64,000 nucleotides of DNA, taken from the IMG/VR virus record IMGVR_UViG_3300008107_006173; one strand, 5' to 3'. Shown here piece by piece: positions 8,697-18,110 of the stretch (position 1 is its first letter; each line of letters starts with the position of its first letter). The notes beneath the pieces were generated by a model that was not told the origin of the DNA, did no database searches, and worked only from the letters and a program-made list of their open reading frames with translations. Source of the DNA: a virus (lineage: Duplodnaviria; Caudoviricetes). A program made the position numbers and the translations under genes.

Positions 8697-11575
8697 TTCT
8701 TTGCTAACTCTATGGTTAGATATGGATTGCCGTCGCCCCCGGTAACAGATTTTTCTCCAGCTACTTCATAGCCAGGCATCAGCTTTGTTGCTCGACGTGC
8801 CAGTGTTCTATAAAGTTTTACTCTACTCTCATCATCTGCTTTACTAGCGATAATAATACCTGTGGGGTCTTGCTCTGCTACTTCTTGCTGTAGAATGTTA
8901 GCAACTGTGCTAAACACACGAACAGCATCACCTGTGCCGGTTACGCCTGACTCTGGCTTACCGGTTTTCATATCAGTTAAATCAAAGTGTATTTCTAATT
9001 TGTTAGCATCGTCTTTTCTGCGATTGAACACTTGTACCCTGTACAATTGTCCAGCATCTGTTTGAAAGCGATATGCTCGCTTATCAGGTGTTTTTACATT
9101 TCGAACAAAATCATACGGACTATCTGCTATTTCACTTAATACAGTGAATAGTCTACCAGGCAATTTAGGTTGTTGTGAATTAAATACTTTGTCTAATGCA
9201 CGACCTGCTAGATTTTTAGCTGTATCTAATTTTGGAACTTTAACATTATCTCGTGTCAAGTAGAATGTAGTGAACAGCGAGCCTTTTAATTTTTTTACAA
9301 AATTATATCCGGGCAATGATTTACCTGCTTGTGCTGCTAACATATTATATAATTTAATACGACTTGGTTCATTGTTATCAGCAGCAAACATTAGAATTTC
9401 AGGTTGATTTTGAGCTACATAATCTTTTACGATATTAACCACAGTACCAAACACTTTGCGTGAATCACCTGTACCTGTAATATCATCTTTGGGCTGATTA
9501 TTCTCACCACGAGCCATAAAACTTACTTCAACCTTCTTATCGCCCTTAAACACGGCTTTGTAATCATTGCCTGCATCAGTAATGAAATAGTAAGCATTGT
9601 TCTTAAATTCATATGGATATGAACTGTCAAGTGCTTCAGCTACTTTACCTTCTGGTGGCTTAGTATGTATTTCTGGTTCTTCGTGACTACCTGAAATGTC
9701 CTTATACACAACGCCTAACTTATCAAATACTTTCTTCATTCGCTCCATCTCTTCAGGAGAAGCAAATGTAATAGTCATATCTGACGGGCCTACACCTAGC
9801 TCATGCTTATCGTAATTTGCTAAACTAGTATAGTGCTGCCCTAGCTTGTAAAAATCCATGTCGTCTGACTTGTCAATTACTAGAGTATTTTGCGGAGCAG
9901 TTAATAGCGAATGTTGATAGCCTGATGGGTCTGGTTCAACTGCGGTCGATCTACCTGCTTCACCCATGTGCTTAAAGTATTGTACTTCTCGTTCACGATT
10001 TTCTGCGCCGGACTTGCTAGGATATGTACCTAGGTTCTTGCCCTTTTTACTCAGCAGTCTGTAACCGCCTTTTACTTTGCGAATTGTTTCTTCAACATCT
10101 GCACCTAGATATTTGTCTAATGTTGCTTTAACATCTTCAATGTTACCCACATGCCCTTTGTATTGAACGCCAATACCATTTTTTTCTTTCCAACTGTTTA
10201 GATACTTAGGATAGTCATCAATTAAAATATTAGGTGTGCCATCTGGCTGTGTAGCGAACTGTGCCTTGTCGCCAGTGAAATGCATACCTTTAGGTTGAAT
10301 GTTTAAATATTTCTTTACCCATGCTGCCTTATACTTTGCACTACCTTCACGGTCATACTTTAGTGGCGAACTTAAAATGTACCAATCGCCATTGGTCATT
10401 TTATTAACCATAGCAATTAGTTGGTCAGCCTGCTCATACTTAGGTAATTTGTAAAAGAAGTCAGTGCCAGCAAATGATGCCATTGTATCTTCCATGTCCT
10501 GTAATGCAAGTTCTCTAGGCTCTGCATGACCTGTGACTGCGGTAACGCCGGCATAGAAGTTAGCAATTACACCATCCATATCTACATATACCTTAGGCTT
10601 GCTTTGTACATCTTCGTTGCGAATTCCTTTACTACGACTTCCGCCACCTTTACGAATGTCATTTAATTCATCGTAGGCTGCAACAACAGTATTCAATGTA
10701 TTAGAAAATTGTTTTACAGTTTGTGCTGCTCTACGAAATGCGCCACCATGTTCTACTTCTAAATCTTTTGCTAGTGCTTCTGCTTCTCTGCGGGCCTTAT
10801 TCCGTAACCCAGCAAGACTATAGCGACCAGCGCCGCCAATTACTAACACTTCAGTGTTATCCATCGGTGCTTCTTTGTCTACTCGATATATAACTTTTGT
10901 TTTGTCTGTTACATCTTCTTGTGCCACAGATTTTTGTAACTGTGCTTTGCTAACCCAATCACGAGCCTGTGGTGTAATTGGAGATTTTAAAAACTTATCA
11001 ATTTGTTTTAATGGAGTATTAAAATCAGGATTTTGATCATTCGACACTTCAACAAAGTTTGGAGCAAATACATCAGCTAAACTATTTTTATTTTGTTGTA
11101 CTTGTTTATGCGACTGAACAACAATGTCTGTAGGTACTTTTCTATCGCGTAATAGGTTACGCTGTAATGCAGTCTTTAAACTAGTGTTAACAAACACCAT
11201 CATTGCTTGATAACCAATGGCTTCTAATTCTACTTTTAGTTTAGCCATTTTGTTAACATCTTTAGCAGTACCATCAATGATTAATCCTAGTCGACCGTCT
11301 AAATAAATGTCTTGTTTTTTGTTTGTGATTTCTTTAGCACGCTGACGTGCTACATCACGCTGTGGCTGTTCTTCAGGCGGCATTTCAAAACTTAAATCAC
11401 GCTTACGCATTAGGTATTCAAATGCATCATCGCTGTTTAAGACTTTAAGGCCTCTACTAATCAACCCAAGCTCATTCGCAACATAGCTTTTGCCGCTGCC
11501 TGGACCGCCTGCAAAAAATATTACTTTAAAAATTCCAGGGTCTTTTGGCCCTTCTTGTAAATCTATAAATCTCAT
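8693..11575 (-). CDS. 960-aa multi-module protein: P-loop kinase, HAD 5'(3')-nucleotidase-like domain, duplicated C-terminal domain
   Basis: GGPGSGKS; YVDMDGV...ILIDDY; two copies of TDAG..Y...TGTGD...VF.TV.NI...SR.KLY...PGY. Confidence 0.8.
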   Translation of the reverse strand: MRFIDLQEGPKDPGIFKVIFFAGGPGSGKSYVANELGLISRGLKVLNSDDAFEYLMRKRDLSFEMPPEEQPQRDVARQRAKEITNKKQDIYLDGRLGLIIDGTAKDVNKMAKLKVELEAIGYQAMMVFVNTSLKTALQRNLLRDRKVPTDIVVQSHKQVQQNKNSLADVFAPNFVEVSNDQNPDFNTPLKQIDKFLKSPITPQARDWVSKAQLQKSVAQEDVTDKTKVIYRVDKEAPMDNTEVLVIGGAGRYSLAGLRNKARREAEALAKDLEVEHGGAFRRAAQTVKQFSNTLNTVVAAYDELNDIRKGGGSRSKGIRNEDVQSKPKVYVDMDGVIANFYAGVTAVTGHAEPRELALQDMEDTMASFAGTDFFYKLPKYEQADQLIAMVNKMTNGDWYILSSPLKYDREGSAKYKAAWVKKYLNIQPKGMHFTGDKAQFATQPDGTPNILIDDYPKYLNSWKEKNGIGVQYKGHVGNIEDVKATLDKYLGADVEETIRKVKGGYRLLSKKGKNLGTYPSKSGAENREREVQYFKHMGEAGRSTAVEPDPSGYQHSLLTAPQNTLVIDKSDDMDFYKLGQHYTSLANYDKHELGVGPSDMTITFASPEEMERMKKVFDKLGVVYKDISGSHEEPEIHTKPPEGKVAEALDSSYPYEFKNNAYYFITDAGNDYKAVFKGDKKVEVSFMARGENNQPKDDITGTGDSRKVFGTVVNIVKDYVAQNQPEILMFAADNNEPSRIKLYNMLAAQAGKSLPGYNFVKKLKGSLFTTFYLTRDNVKVPKLDTAKNLAGRALDKVFNSQQPKLPGRLFTVLSEIADSPYDFVRNVKTPDKRAYRFQTDAGQLYRVQVFNRRKDDANKLEIHFDLTDMKTGKPESGVTGTGDAVRVFSTVANILQQEVAEQDPTGIIIASKADDESRVKLYRTLARRATKLMPGYEVAGEKSVTGGDGNPYLTIELAKK

Positions 11576-14194
11576 TTACATCGCCTTTGGGTTAAACTGA
11601 TATAACATTTCCTGTGGTTTATCTGTGGTGATAATAGCTGGATTTTTCTTATAAGCACTGATTCGTAACAAGTCCTCACCACTACCTACAACTATAACAG
11701 GCTTTGCTTCAGCACCAAAAATTGTGCCGAATACTTTATTACCAAGCTCTGTTCTAGTTTTTGGATCTAAGTTTGCAGAGTTTGCTAATGTTACAAAGTT
11801 GCTAATGTTTAAAGATTGCTGTGATGCTAATGCTTGATCCATTAATGGTTTCATTTGTTCAAAGCTATTAATGATATTAAGCATTTGTTCTCTGCTTGGT
11901 AGTCGACCTGTTTCACCAAAGCGGCCGCCGCCGCTGCCTTTCTTCTCACCGATAGCTGCTTTAACTTCTACTGGTTCGCCTGCAACAGTAACATCACCTT
12001 TACCTGCAATGCTAATTTCTTTGCTTAAAATTGCCAGTGCATGTTCTAATGGACCTTTCATTAGTTTGCCTACACCAAATGACTTCATGTGATCTAGAAC
12101 TTTTCTATTGATTGGGTCGCCAAAGGTAAACTGATCCACAGTATAGATACCTGGGCTGATTAATATTGATGCGTCAATTACTTTGTCGTTAGCCAAGTTA
12201 TCAGCAAGTTTTGCCTTCTCTTGGTATGTAATTGGCGCATTTGAAAGAGCTTGTGCAATGTCTACTACCCAGTCTTTACCATACTCACCTTTAAGAACGT
12301 CTGGTAGCACAGCACTGATGCGATCTGTTACATTATTTTTATTTAAGATTGTGTAGATCTTATCTAAAAGATCTGCATTCTTTTTAGCAATTTCCGCATC
12401 TTGTGGTGCAGTATCAATACTGTTAACAGCTTGAAGAATTTCTTTTTTAGCAGCATCGAGACTGCCGTACTCATTTAACTTAGCTTCATGCAAATTAATT
12501 TGCTTTTGCAGCGACGGGTGCATGTCCTTAACATATTTGCGAAGTATAGGTCGTAAGCAGGCTTTATCACCCTGTGATGCTCGAACCTGTCTAAAATCTT
12601 TAATCATTCTAGGATCAGGAATAGCAAAGAATGCATCCATTTGTCCCTTGATGTCGTTAGCAGCAAAATGTCTACTTAACAACCTGTTAATGACTTTTAC
12701 AGGACTATTGTCTGGTACTGCATCTTGCAGGATACTTTCATTAATGCTTTCACTCTTTTTACCCCAGTTCTTAGCACCTTTCTTACGGCACTGAACTAGA
12801 GCACCTGAAGCATACGCACTTGGCCATACTTTATAGCGTGACTTAACTTTGTGATAGCAAGCGTCTTGTTTTTCTTGCAACTGTGATTCGTGAACAATGT
12901 TGCCGCCGCAACTAGGACAGATATTAAACGGAATGTTTGTATCTTCTGCTACGCTTTCCTTCTTGGTAGCAACATTTTTTGCTGCGCCTTTACGTTCTGG
13001 ATTTGGATCCTCTCTACGCTTGCGACGAGCAGCACTAGCACGCCCATCCTTGCCTAATGCGTGCGCTTTGCTTTGTGGTAAACATTTGGGTTTGCCTTCG
13101 CTATCACTACCTCTAGCACAGTCGCCTTTAATCTTGCCGTCGGGCCCAAAACGAACCCACTTGTCTTTGAACCATTGTCGTAGATTCTCATCTAATGATC
13201 CTGATTCATTAACTAGATCATTATACATTTTTGCTAGCTCTTTAGCGTCTACACCTTCGTAACTTCTTGCAATGCGGGCAGCATAATATTCTACGCTGTG
13301 ATTTCGAGGTTCTTGTTTTCTATCTAATACACCAACAAGGGCCTTTAGAGCAGCACTATACCGGCCGCGTCTTAATAAATGCCTACCAAAAGTATCATCT
13401 TCACTTACACTCGAGCTGCTTGTTTCTTGCCCGGCTTGTCTTGCGTTACGACCAGCGCAATGTGCTTTTTGACTAAAACCTTTTGGATTTGAACAATCAA
13501 TTGACTTTTTATATTTCTTAGACCACGCTTCATCAAGTTTTTCCTTGTCCACTGTAGACAGTATTTCTAACTGTTCTTCCAGTGACAAATTTTCAAATTC
13601 GTTTAATTTGTTTAATCTAGGATTTGGTTCTACTGAACTATTCATAGGATTAAAATTCCATACGCCTTGTGCAGCGGATTGGCCTTTTGCAAAACTGCCT
13701 GTTACAGCGTTTTTAATATCTTTAGCTATTCCGCCAACGGTTGTTTTATCTTGCTTGTCTGCTGCACCTGCATCAGCTGCCTTTGGTTTTCTAATAATCA
13801 ATTTATCTTTTTTGTCTGCCACAGTATATTCACCCCGCGGGTCTTGCATTACAACAGCGTCAACATTTGGTTTCTTTCCTACAGGAGAAACAACCACACC
13901 CTGGTCTTCACCGTTGCGGTTAGTAACTACAGCACCCATTGGTGCTTTAGTTGCAGGAATCACCATTAGATCATCATCGTCGTCATCAGGTTTTTGCGCT
14001 TGAGTAGATTTTTTACTAGGTGACGGTGATGATGCACTAGAAGGACTAGGCGACGATCCGGATGAGGTGGGGCTCACTGATCCTTTTGCTGTAATTGAAC
14101 CAGAGGTTTGACCGCTAACAGGTGTAGGTGGACCTGAATCTTTACCATATTCTAATAAAAAGTTTTCTAGGGTTCTGATGTTTTCAAATTTCAT
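11576..14194 (-). CDS. 872-aa multi-module protein ending in a PD-(D/E)xK-like domain
   Basis: Ser/Pro-rich N-terminus, several short basic Cys-containing modules, CPSCG knuckle, KGDVTVAGEPVEVKA. Confidence 0.7.
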   Translation of the reverse strand: MKFENIRTLENFLLEYGKDSGPPTPVSGQTSGSITAKGSVSPTSSGSSPSPSSASSPSPSKKSTQAQKPDDDDDDLMVIPATKAPMGAVVTNRNGEDQGVVVSPVGKKPNVDAVVMQDPRGEYTVADKKDKLIIRKPKAADAGAADKQDKTTVGGIAKDIKNAVTGSFAKGQSAAQGVWNFNPMNSSVEPNPRLNKLNEFENLSLEEQLEILSTVDKEKLDEAWSKKYKKSIDCSNPKGFSQKAHCAGRNARQAGQETSSSSVSEDDTFGRHLLRRGRYSAALKALVGVLDRKQEPRNHSVEYYAARIARSYEGVDAKELAKMYNDLVNESGSLDENLRQWFKDKWVRFGPDGKIKGDCARGSDSEGKPKCLPQSKAHALGKDGRASAARRKRREDPNPERKGAAKNVATKKESVAEDTNIPFNICPSCGGNIVHESQLQEKQDACYHKVKSRYKVWPSAYASGALVQCRKKGAKNWGKKSESINESILQDAVPDNSPVKVINRLLSRHFAANDIKGQMDAFFAIPDPRMIKDFRQVRASQGDKACLRPILRKYVKDMHPSLQKQINLHEAKLNEYGSLDAAKKEILQAVNSIDTAPQDAEIAKKNADLLDKIYTILNKNNVTDRISAVLPDVLKGEYGKDWVVDIAQALSNAPITYQEKAKLADNLANDKVIDASILISPGIYTVDQFTFGDPINRKVLDHMKSFGVGKLMKGPLEHALAILSKEISIAGKGDVTVAGEPVEVKAAIGEKKGSGGGRFGETGRLPSREQMLNIINSFEQMKPLMDQALASQQSLNISNFVTLANSANLDPKTRTELGNKVFGTIFGAEAKPVIVVGSGEDLLRISAYKKNPAIITTDKPQEMLYQFNPKAM

Positions 14195-14900
14195 TTGCGT
14201 GTTCCAGGCTTAATTGTTGACTTACATAAATTTTCTTAAATTTAGTTAGCAGTTCTAAGAATCCTGCATTTCGTAAAGTTTTAAAAACTAAATTTTCTGT
14301 ACCAAACTCACCGTGTTTGCTAAGACCTTCTTTACGATCTTCTTTGATCTTTTCCCAAATTTTATTAACAGCATCTATATCGCGCTTACGAATAGCATCG
14401 CTGATAGAGTTTACATAACTCTTAGCTTTTGACTGCACATCACTGTCGTCAATCTTTGCTTCTACCTTCTTTGGCTTTGACAACCACTTATGATGCATGA
14501 TACTAAAAATACCCGCACTAGCATGTGGTTGATCGCTGAACTGGACATATAATTCAACAGGCTGTTTTTTAATAACAATTTCGTGTTGACTGTTGAAGAT
14601 AGTTTTCTTAGCATCAAAAAAGTTACGCATAAGAGCTTGTTTATCGCTGTCTACTTCAACTACAATATGAAGATCAATATCACTTTTTAATGTATAAGTA
14701 AATGCTGCATTACTACCTGATACAGTAATATCTACAACTTTTAAATCTTCAACGTCTAGGAAATCAATAAAAAAGTTTGCAATCTTTGAAAGCCTTTCTG
14801 AAACTTCAGGCTTTAGCATATAATTTTCCCAAAGAGAAGGATTGAGTTTGTCGTGAAACTCGATGGCTCCCATTACTCCCTTTAGTTCGCTAATTTTCAT
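14184..14900 (-). CDS. Pol-beta superfamily nucleotidyltransferase
   Basis: SGSNA...SDIDLHIV signature (GS...DxD) with a later VELY. Confidence 0.85.
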   Translation of the reverse strand: MKISELKGVMGAIEFHDKLNPSLWENYMLKPEVSERLSKIANFFIDFLDVEDLKVVDITVSGSNAAFTYTLKSDIDLHIVVEVDSDKQALMRNFFDAKKTIFNSQHEIVIKKQPVELYVQFSDQPHASAGIFSIMHHKWLSKPKKVEAKIDDSDVQSKAKSYVNSISDAIRKRDIDAVNKIWEKIKEDRKEGLSKHGEFGTENLVFKTLRNAGFLELLTKFKKIYVSQQLSLEHANEI

Positions 14901-15142
14901 TATTTTCCTATCATATTAATGATGATTGCTGTGACCACACTTAACAATGTAGTTACAGTAATTGCCACAATACCTATAATCCAATTTTCTAATTTATTAA
15001 GTCGTTCTTTAGTGTCAGTTTTGAACTCGTTAAGTTCGGTGGTGATATTTTCAATTCGCAACATATCTGCGATTATGTGCGCTTCTAGGTTACCTGTCTC
15101 TAGATACACTTGAGTCTTTTCTTTAGTTTCTTTATCAGCCAT
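14900..15142 (-). CDS. Small coiled-coil protein with C-terminal transmembrane helix
   Basis: Coiled coil followed by hydrophobic WIIGIVAITVTTLLSVVTAIII. Confidence 0.7.
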   Translation of the reverse strand: MADKETKEKTQVYLETGNLEAHIIADMLRIENITTELNEFKTDTKERLNKLENWIIGIVAITVTTLLSVVTAIIINMIGK

Positions 15143-15549
15143 TATAATAGATCCTGTTTACTAAATTCCATATTAACTGTGTTCTTAGTATCAATTGTAC
15201 CATCGAACAACACAATACCATGTAATTCGTCTGTTAATGTCTGTATAGTATGTACTTCTGCTCGCTCAAATGCAAACTTAAAAATCCAGCCTGCACCTGT
15301 CAATGTTTGTGCGCCAAAGTTTTCTAGTACCAAGCTGCCGGTGCCATTTAGATAAACAGGTTCATTCATCATAATAGGCATAGCTCTTAGTCCGATAACT
15401 TGCACAACACTTTCAAAATCTTTTTGACTATTATCGTTATAATCGCCGGTTCGTGTAATGTCTAGTGTAGTAAACAATGTATAGAATTCGATGTTACCTG
15501 TAACAACTTCAGCACTACCCATTGCACCAGATCGTGATGTGTAACTCAT
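15142..15549 (-). CDS. Virion protein, possible capsid decoration family
   Basis: Late box at 15571-15578 and RBS GGAG; pattern similarity to the 15669 and 43146 ORFs. Confidence 0.55.
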   Translation of the reverse strand: MSYTSRSGAMGSAEVVTGNIEFYTLFTTLDITRTGDYNDNSQKDFESVVQVIGLRAMPIMMNEPVYLNGTGSLVLENFGAQTLTGAGWIFKFAFERAEVHTIQTLTDELHGIVLFDGTIDTKNTVNMEFSKQDLL

Positions 15550-15615
15550 GTATGTATCTCCAATATTTTATATTTATCACATCTAGGATTTTGAATAGGT
15601 TAAAAATTAAACCAA

Positions 15616-15645
15616 AAAAAAGCCCCCGACTAGCGAGGGCTTTTT
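15616..15645 (-). terminator. Rho-independent terminator, possibly bidirectional
   Basis: GC stem agcccccg/cgagggct flanked by A and T runs. Confidence 0.8.
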
Positions 15646-15668
15646 CATTCCTTGGTCCTAAGGAATTA

Positions 15669-15995
15669 TTATACTACGCGGTAGCTACCTGCTGTAACTG
15701 TTAAGTTAGCATAACCTGTTGCTGCGCGAACATTTGCTTGAAGGTCTGCTGCTGTAACACCTGGAAGTTCTACTGCAACATACATTACGCGAGCGTTGCC
15801 GCTTGCAAGGATTACTGGGTTAGCAACTAGTTGGATTGCCTTAACAACTTTTTCACCTGGATCTGCTGAACCAGCTGTGAAACCAAAGTTTGCAATGTTT
15901 GCTGAACCATCTACTTCGTCAACAATAAAGTGAGTTAGCGCACCAGTTAAAAACTGGCCTACTGCTACTGTACCATTTACTCTTGTCTGAGCCAT
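15669..15995 (-). CDS. High-copy virion protein, possible capsid decoration
   Basis: Own late box (16043-16050), hairpin leader, TTAGGAGAA RBS and terminator; biased codons. Confidence 0.6.
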   Translation of the reverse strand: MAQTRVNGTVAVGQFLTGALTHFIVDEVDGSANIANFGFTAGSADPGEKVVKAIQLVANPVILASGNARVMYVAVELPGVTAADLQANVRAATGYANLTVTAGSYRVV

Positions 15996-16073
15996 CGTTA
16001 TTCTCCTAAAATATTATACGCACTTTCGTGCTTGTATAAGTTTATTTATCAAAAAAAGAAACTTTGATTTAGA

Positions 16074-16835
16074 TTAGGGCCGACGGCTGGCCCAATAAGC
16101 AGCTAAAGCACCAATACCCGTGCCCAGGTTCTGTGCGCCCACTGGGGTGGATAACTTGTTAGCAAGAGCTGCTGTAGCTGCTGCGGCAATAGCATCGTTG
16201 GATACATCCTTTGGAGGTGCAGCAATATCAGAATTTACATAGTTGCGATCCTTTAACATATCAGTTAATGGTACTAATAATTCAGATCCGCGGCCAATCT
16301 TTCTAAACTCTTGTGTAACTTGAGCAACTACTAACTGCTTTTGTATATTCTTTAAGTTACGCCAATCGAGAATTAACCGTCTCCAACGCTTATAGCGACT
16401 ATCAGTAATTTTTAATTGTGTTTCAAATCTAAACAAGTTAGTGTATGCATCATTACTAGTAACAAATCCATTAGACATGTCCATAATAAAACGCCAATGC
16501 ATCTTAGGCTGGAACTTTAATCGTTCAATATAATCTTTACTGCTGGAATTTTTCAAACTTACTTGTTTGTTTTGAGGATTAGACACAGTATATGCTAGCA
16601 GGTATAAATCTGTAGCATGGGTTCTAAACAATGAATACCCACCATATTGTACTGTTTTCTGAGCATAGGTCAAACCGTAGTCTACAGTTTCATCGTCTAA
16701 GGTAAGCATGTATGTAACTAGAGTAGTTAGATACAAAAGATTAGCAGCGTCTTTGCCGTCAATCTCAGCAAAGTTTCTGCTGTATCTGTATAGCCTAGAC
16801 TCGGTTAATACCTTGTCAAGTAACAGAAATTCCAT
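16074..16835 (-). CDS. Hypothetical protein with leader and C-terminal Gly/Ala hydrophobic tail
   Basis: Starts MEFLLLDKVLTE-SR; ends NLGTGIGALAAYWASRRP. Confidence 0.65.
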   Translation of the reverse strand: MEFLLLDKVLTESRLYRYSRNFAEIDGKDAANLLYLTTLVTYMLTLDDETVDYGLTYAQKTVQYGGYSLFRTHATDLYLLAYTVSNPQNKQVSLKNSSSKDYIERLKFQPKMHWRFIMDMSNGFVTSNDAYTNLFRFETQLKITDSRYKRWRRLILDWRNLKNIQKQLVVAQVTQEFRKIGRGSELLVPLTDMLKDRNYVNSDIAAPPKDVSNDAIAAAATAALANKLSTPVGAQNLGTGIGALAAYWASRRP

Positions 16836-18109
16836 TACTTACTCCCGGGCTTACCTGAGCCAAAGTTTAGTCTGCTAAACTCTAAACGGTCAACAAGTTT
16901 AAGTGCATTACCAATACGGTCAACAGCAACAAAGCCTTCTTCGTTGGTAGCTACAAATGCATCACCTTCTTGTTTAAATGTAGGAATTTGGCGAATCTGT
17001 TCTAGCTTACGAATTAGTCGTACTTTTGCTTCAATGATTTTTAAGTATAGATCATATACTGCTACAATTTCAGGCACATGCTGTCTAATAAACTGCACAC
17101 CCTGTGTTAGTTGCTCAGTAGCAGCAGATTGCTTTTCAGCAGTCTTGTATCCATCAATTTTTTTCTTCATAAAGTCTATGTACTTTTGTACAAAGCCTTG
17201 TGCAAACTTTTCAGGTGCGTCAAATGCACCAGCGCGAATATTATTATTGACATGCGCTTTAAGTTGCTGTATAAAGTCAGGACCTATAACTTCGTTGCCT
17301 TTTTCAAGCCAACTAAATGTTGCAGCAGGAATACCTTTGAGATAATGGTCGGCTTCGCTGATAGCTTCTATTACACTTGCACTTTCTTCAGATGTTAGAG
17401 TAACTGTACCGCTAAGATCTTGGATACGAGCATCTCGGTGCCATACACCTGGAGTATTACCTAGTTGACTGCTATCAAAACCAAATGTTGCAGTAGTATC
17501 AGCTAATGTAGGGCCGCCTGGATATTCTGTATGCCATACAATGCCCATTTCGGCGCTCATAATTTGTCTAGCCAGGTCGCTGTCCTTTGGTACTGCATAC
17601 ACGATTGTGTTTGGTTGAAATGTAATATATTCCACGCCGTCAATGTTAGCTTCCTTAAGGTCGCTGCGTGTGAACAGCATATCACCCTGTACAACAGTAT
17701 TCCATTTTAGCTTACTGAGATTTTTTAGGGCAACTATTAACTTTTCTTGCAGACCTTCAGCAGGATGATTTGCCTTGATATCAGCAACAGTGAAATTTAG
17801 CTTTGGACTTTTAGCAAATACGCCCTTAGTTCCAACAAAGAACTTTCCTGACTCAGGGTCTCGGCCAGCAACTACCGCTGGAGCGCCATCCCACTTAGTG
17901 GTCATGCTTACTGCACCTTTGCTGTGACCTTCTAGCATTTCATGCAAGCTATATAGATAGTCAATAGCTTCTTTAGCGCCGGCAAAACCTTTGTTAAAGA
18001 TATTATCTTCTAGATGCTCAAGGTGAGTGTTCTTGCCTTCAGCCTCAGCTACTAGACTTTCACTAATAATTTCTGTTATTAAAGGTTTTGAAATTTCAAT
18101 AAAACGCAT
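16835..18109 (-). CDS. Ligase-like nucleotidyltransferase (DUF6267-like)
   Basis: KNTHLEHLED N-terminus; motifs KWDG (I), VQGD (III), EGFV (IV), LKLV (V). Confidence 0.7.
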   Translation of the reverse strand: MRFIEISKPLITEIISESLVAEAEGKNTHLEHLEDNIFNKGFAGAKEAIDYLYSLHEMLEGHSKGAVSMTTKWDGAPAVVAGRDPESGKFFVGTKGVFAKSPKLNFTVADIKANHPAEGLQEKLIVALKNLSKLKWNTVVQGDMLFTRSDLKEANIDGVEYITFQPNTIVYAVPKDSDLARQIMSAEMGIVWHTEYPGGPTLADTTATFGFDSSQLGNTPGVWHRDARIQDLSGTVTLTSEESASVIEAISEADHYLKGIPAATFSWLEKGNEVIGPDFIQQLKAHVNNNIRAGAFDAPEKFAQGFVQKYIDFMKKKIDGYKTAEKQSAATEQLTQGVQFIRQHVPEIVAVYDLYLKIIEAKVRLIRKLEQIRQIPTFKQEGDAFVATNEEGFVAVDRIGNALKLVDRLEFSRLNFGSGKPGSK

Positions 18110-18110
18110 C

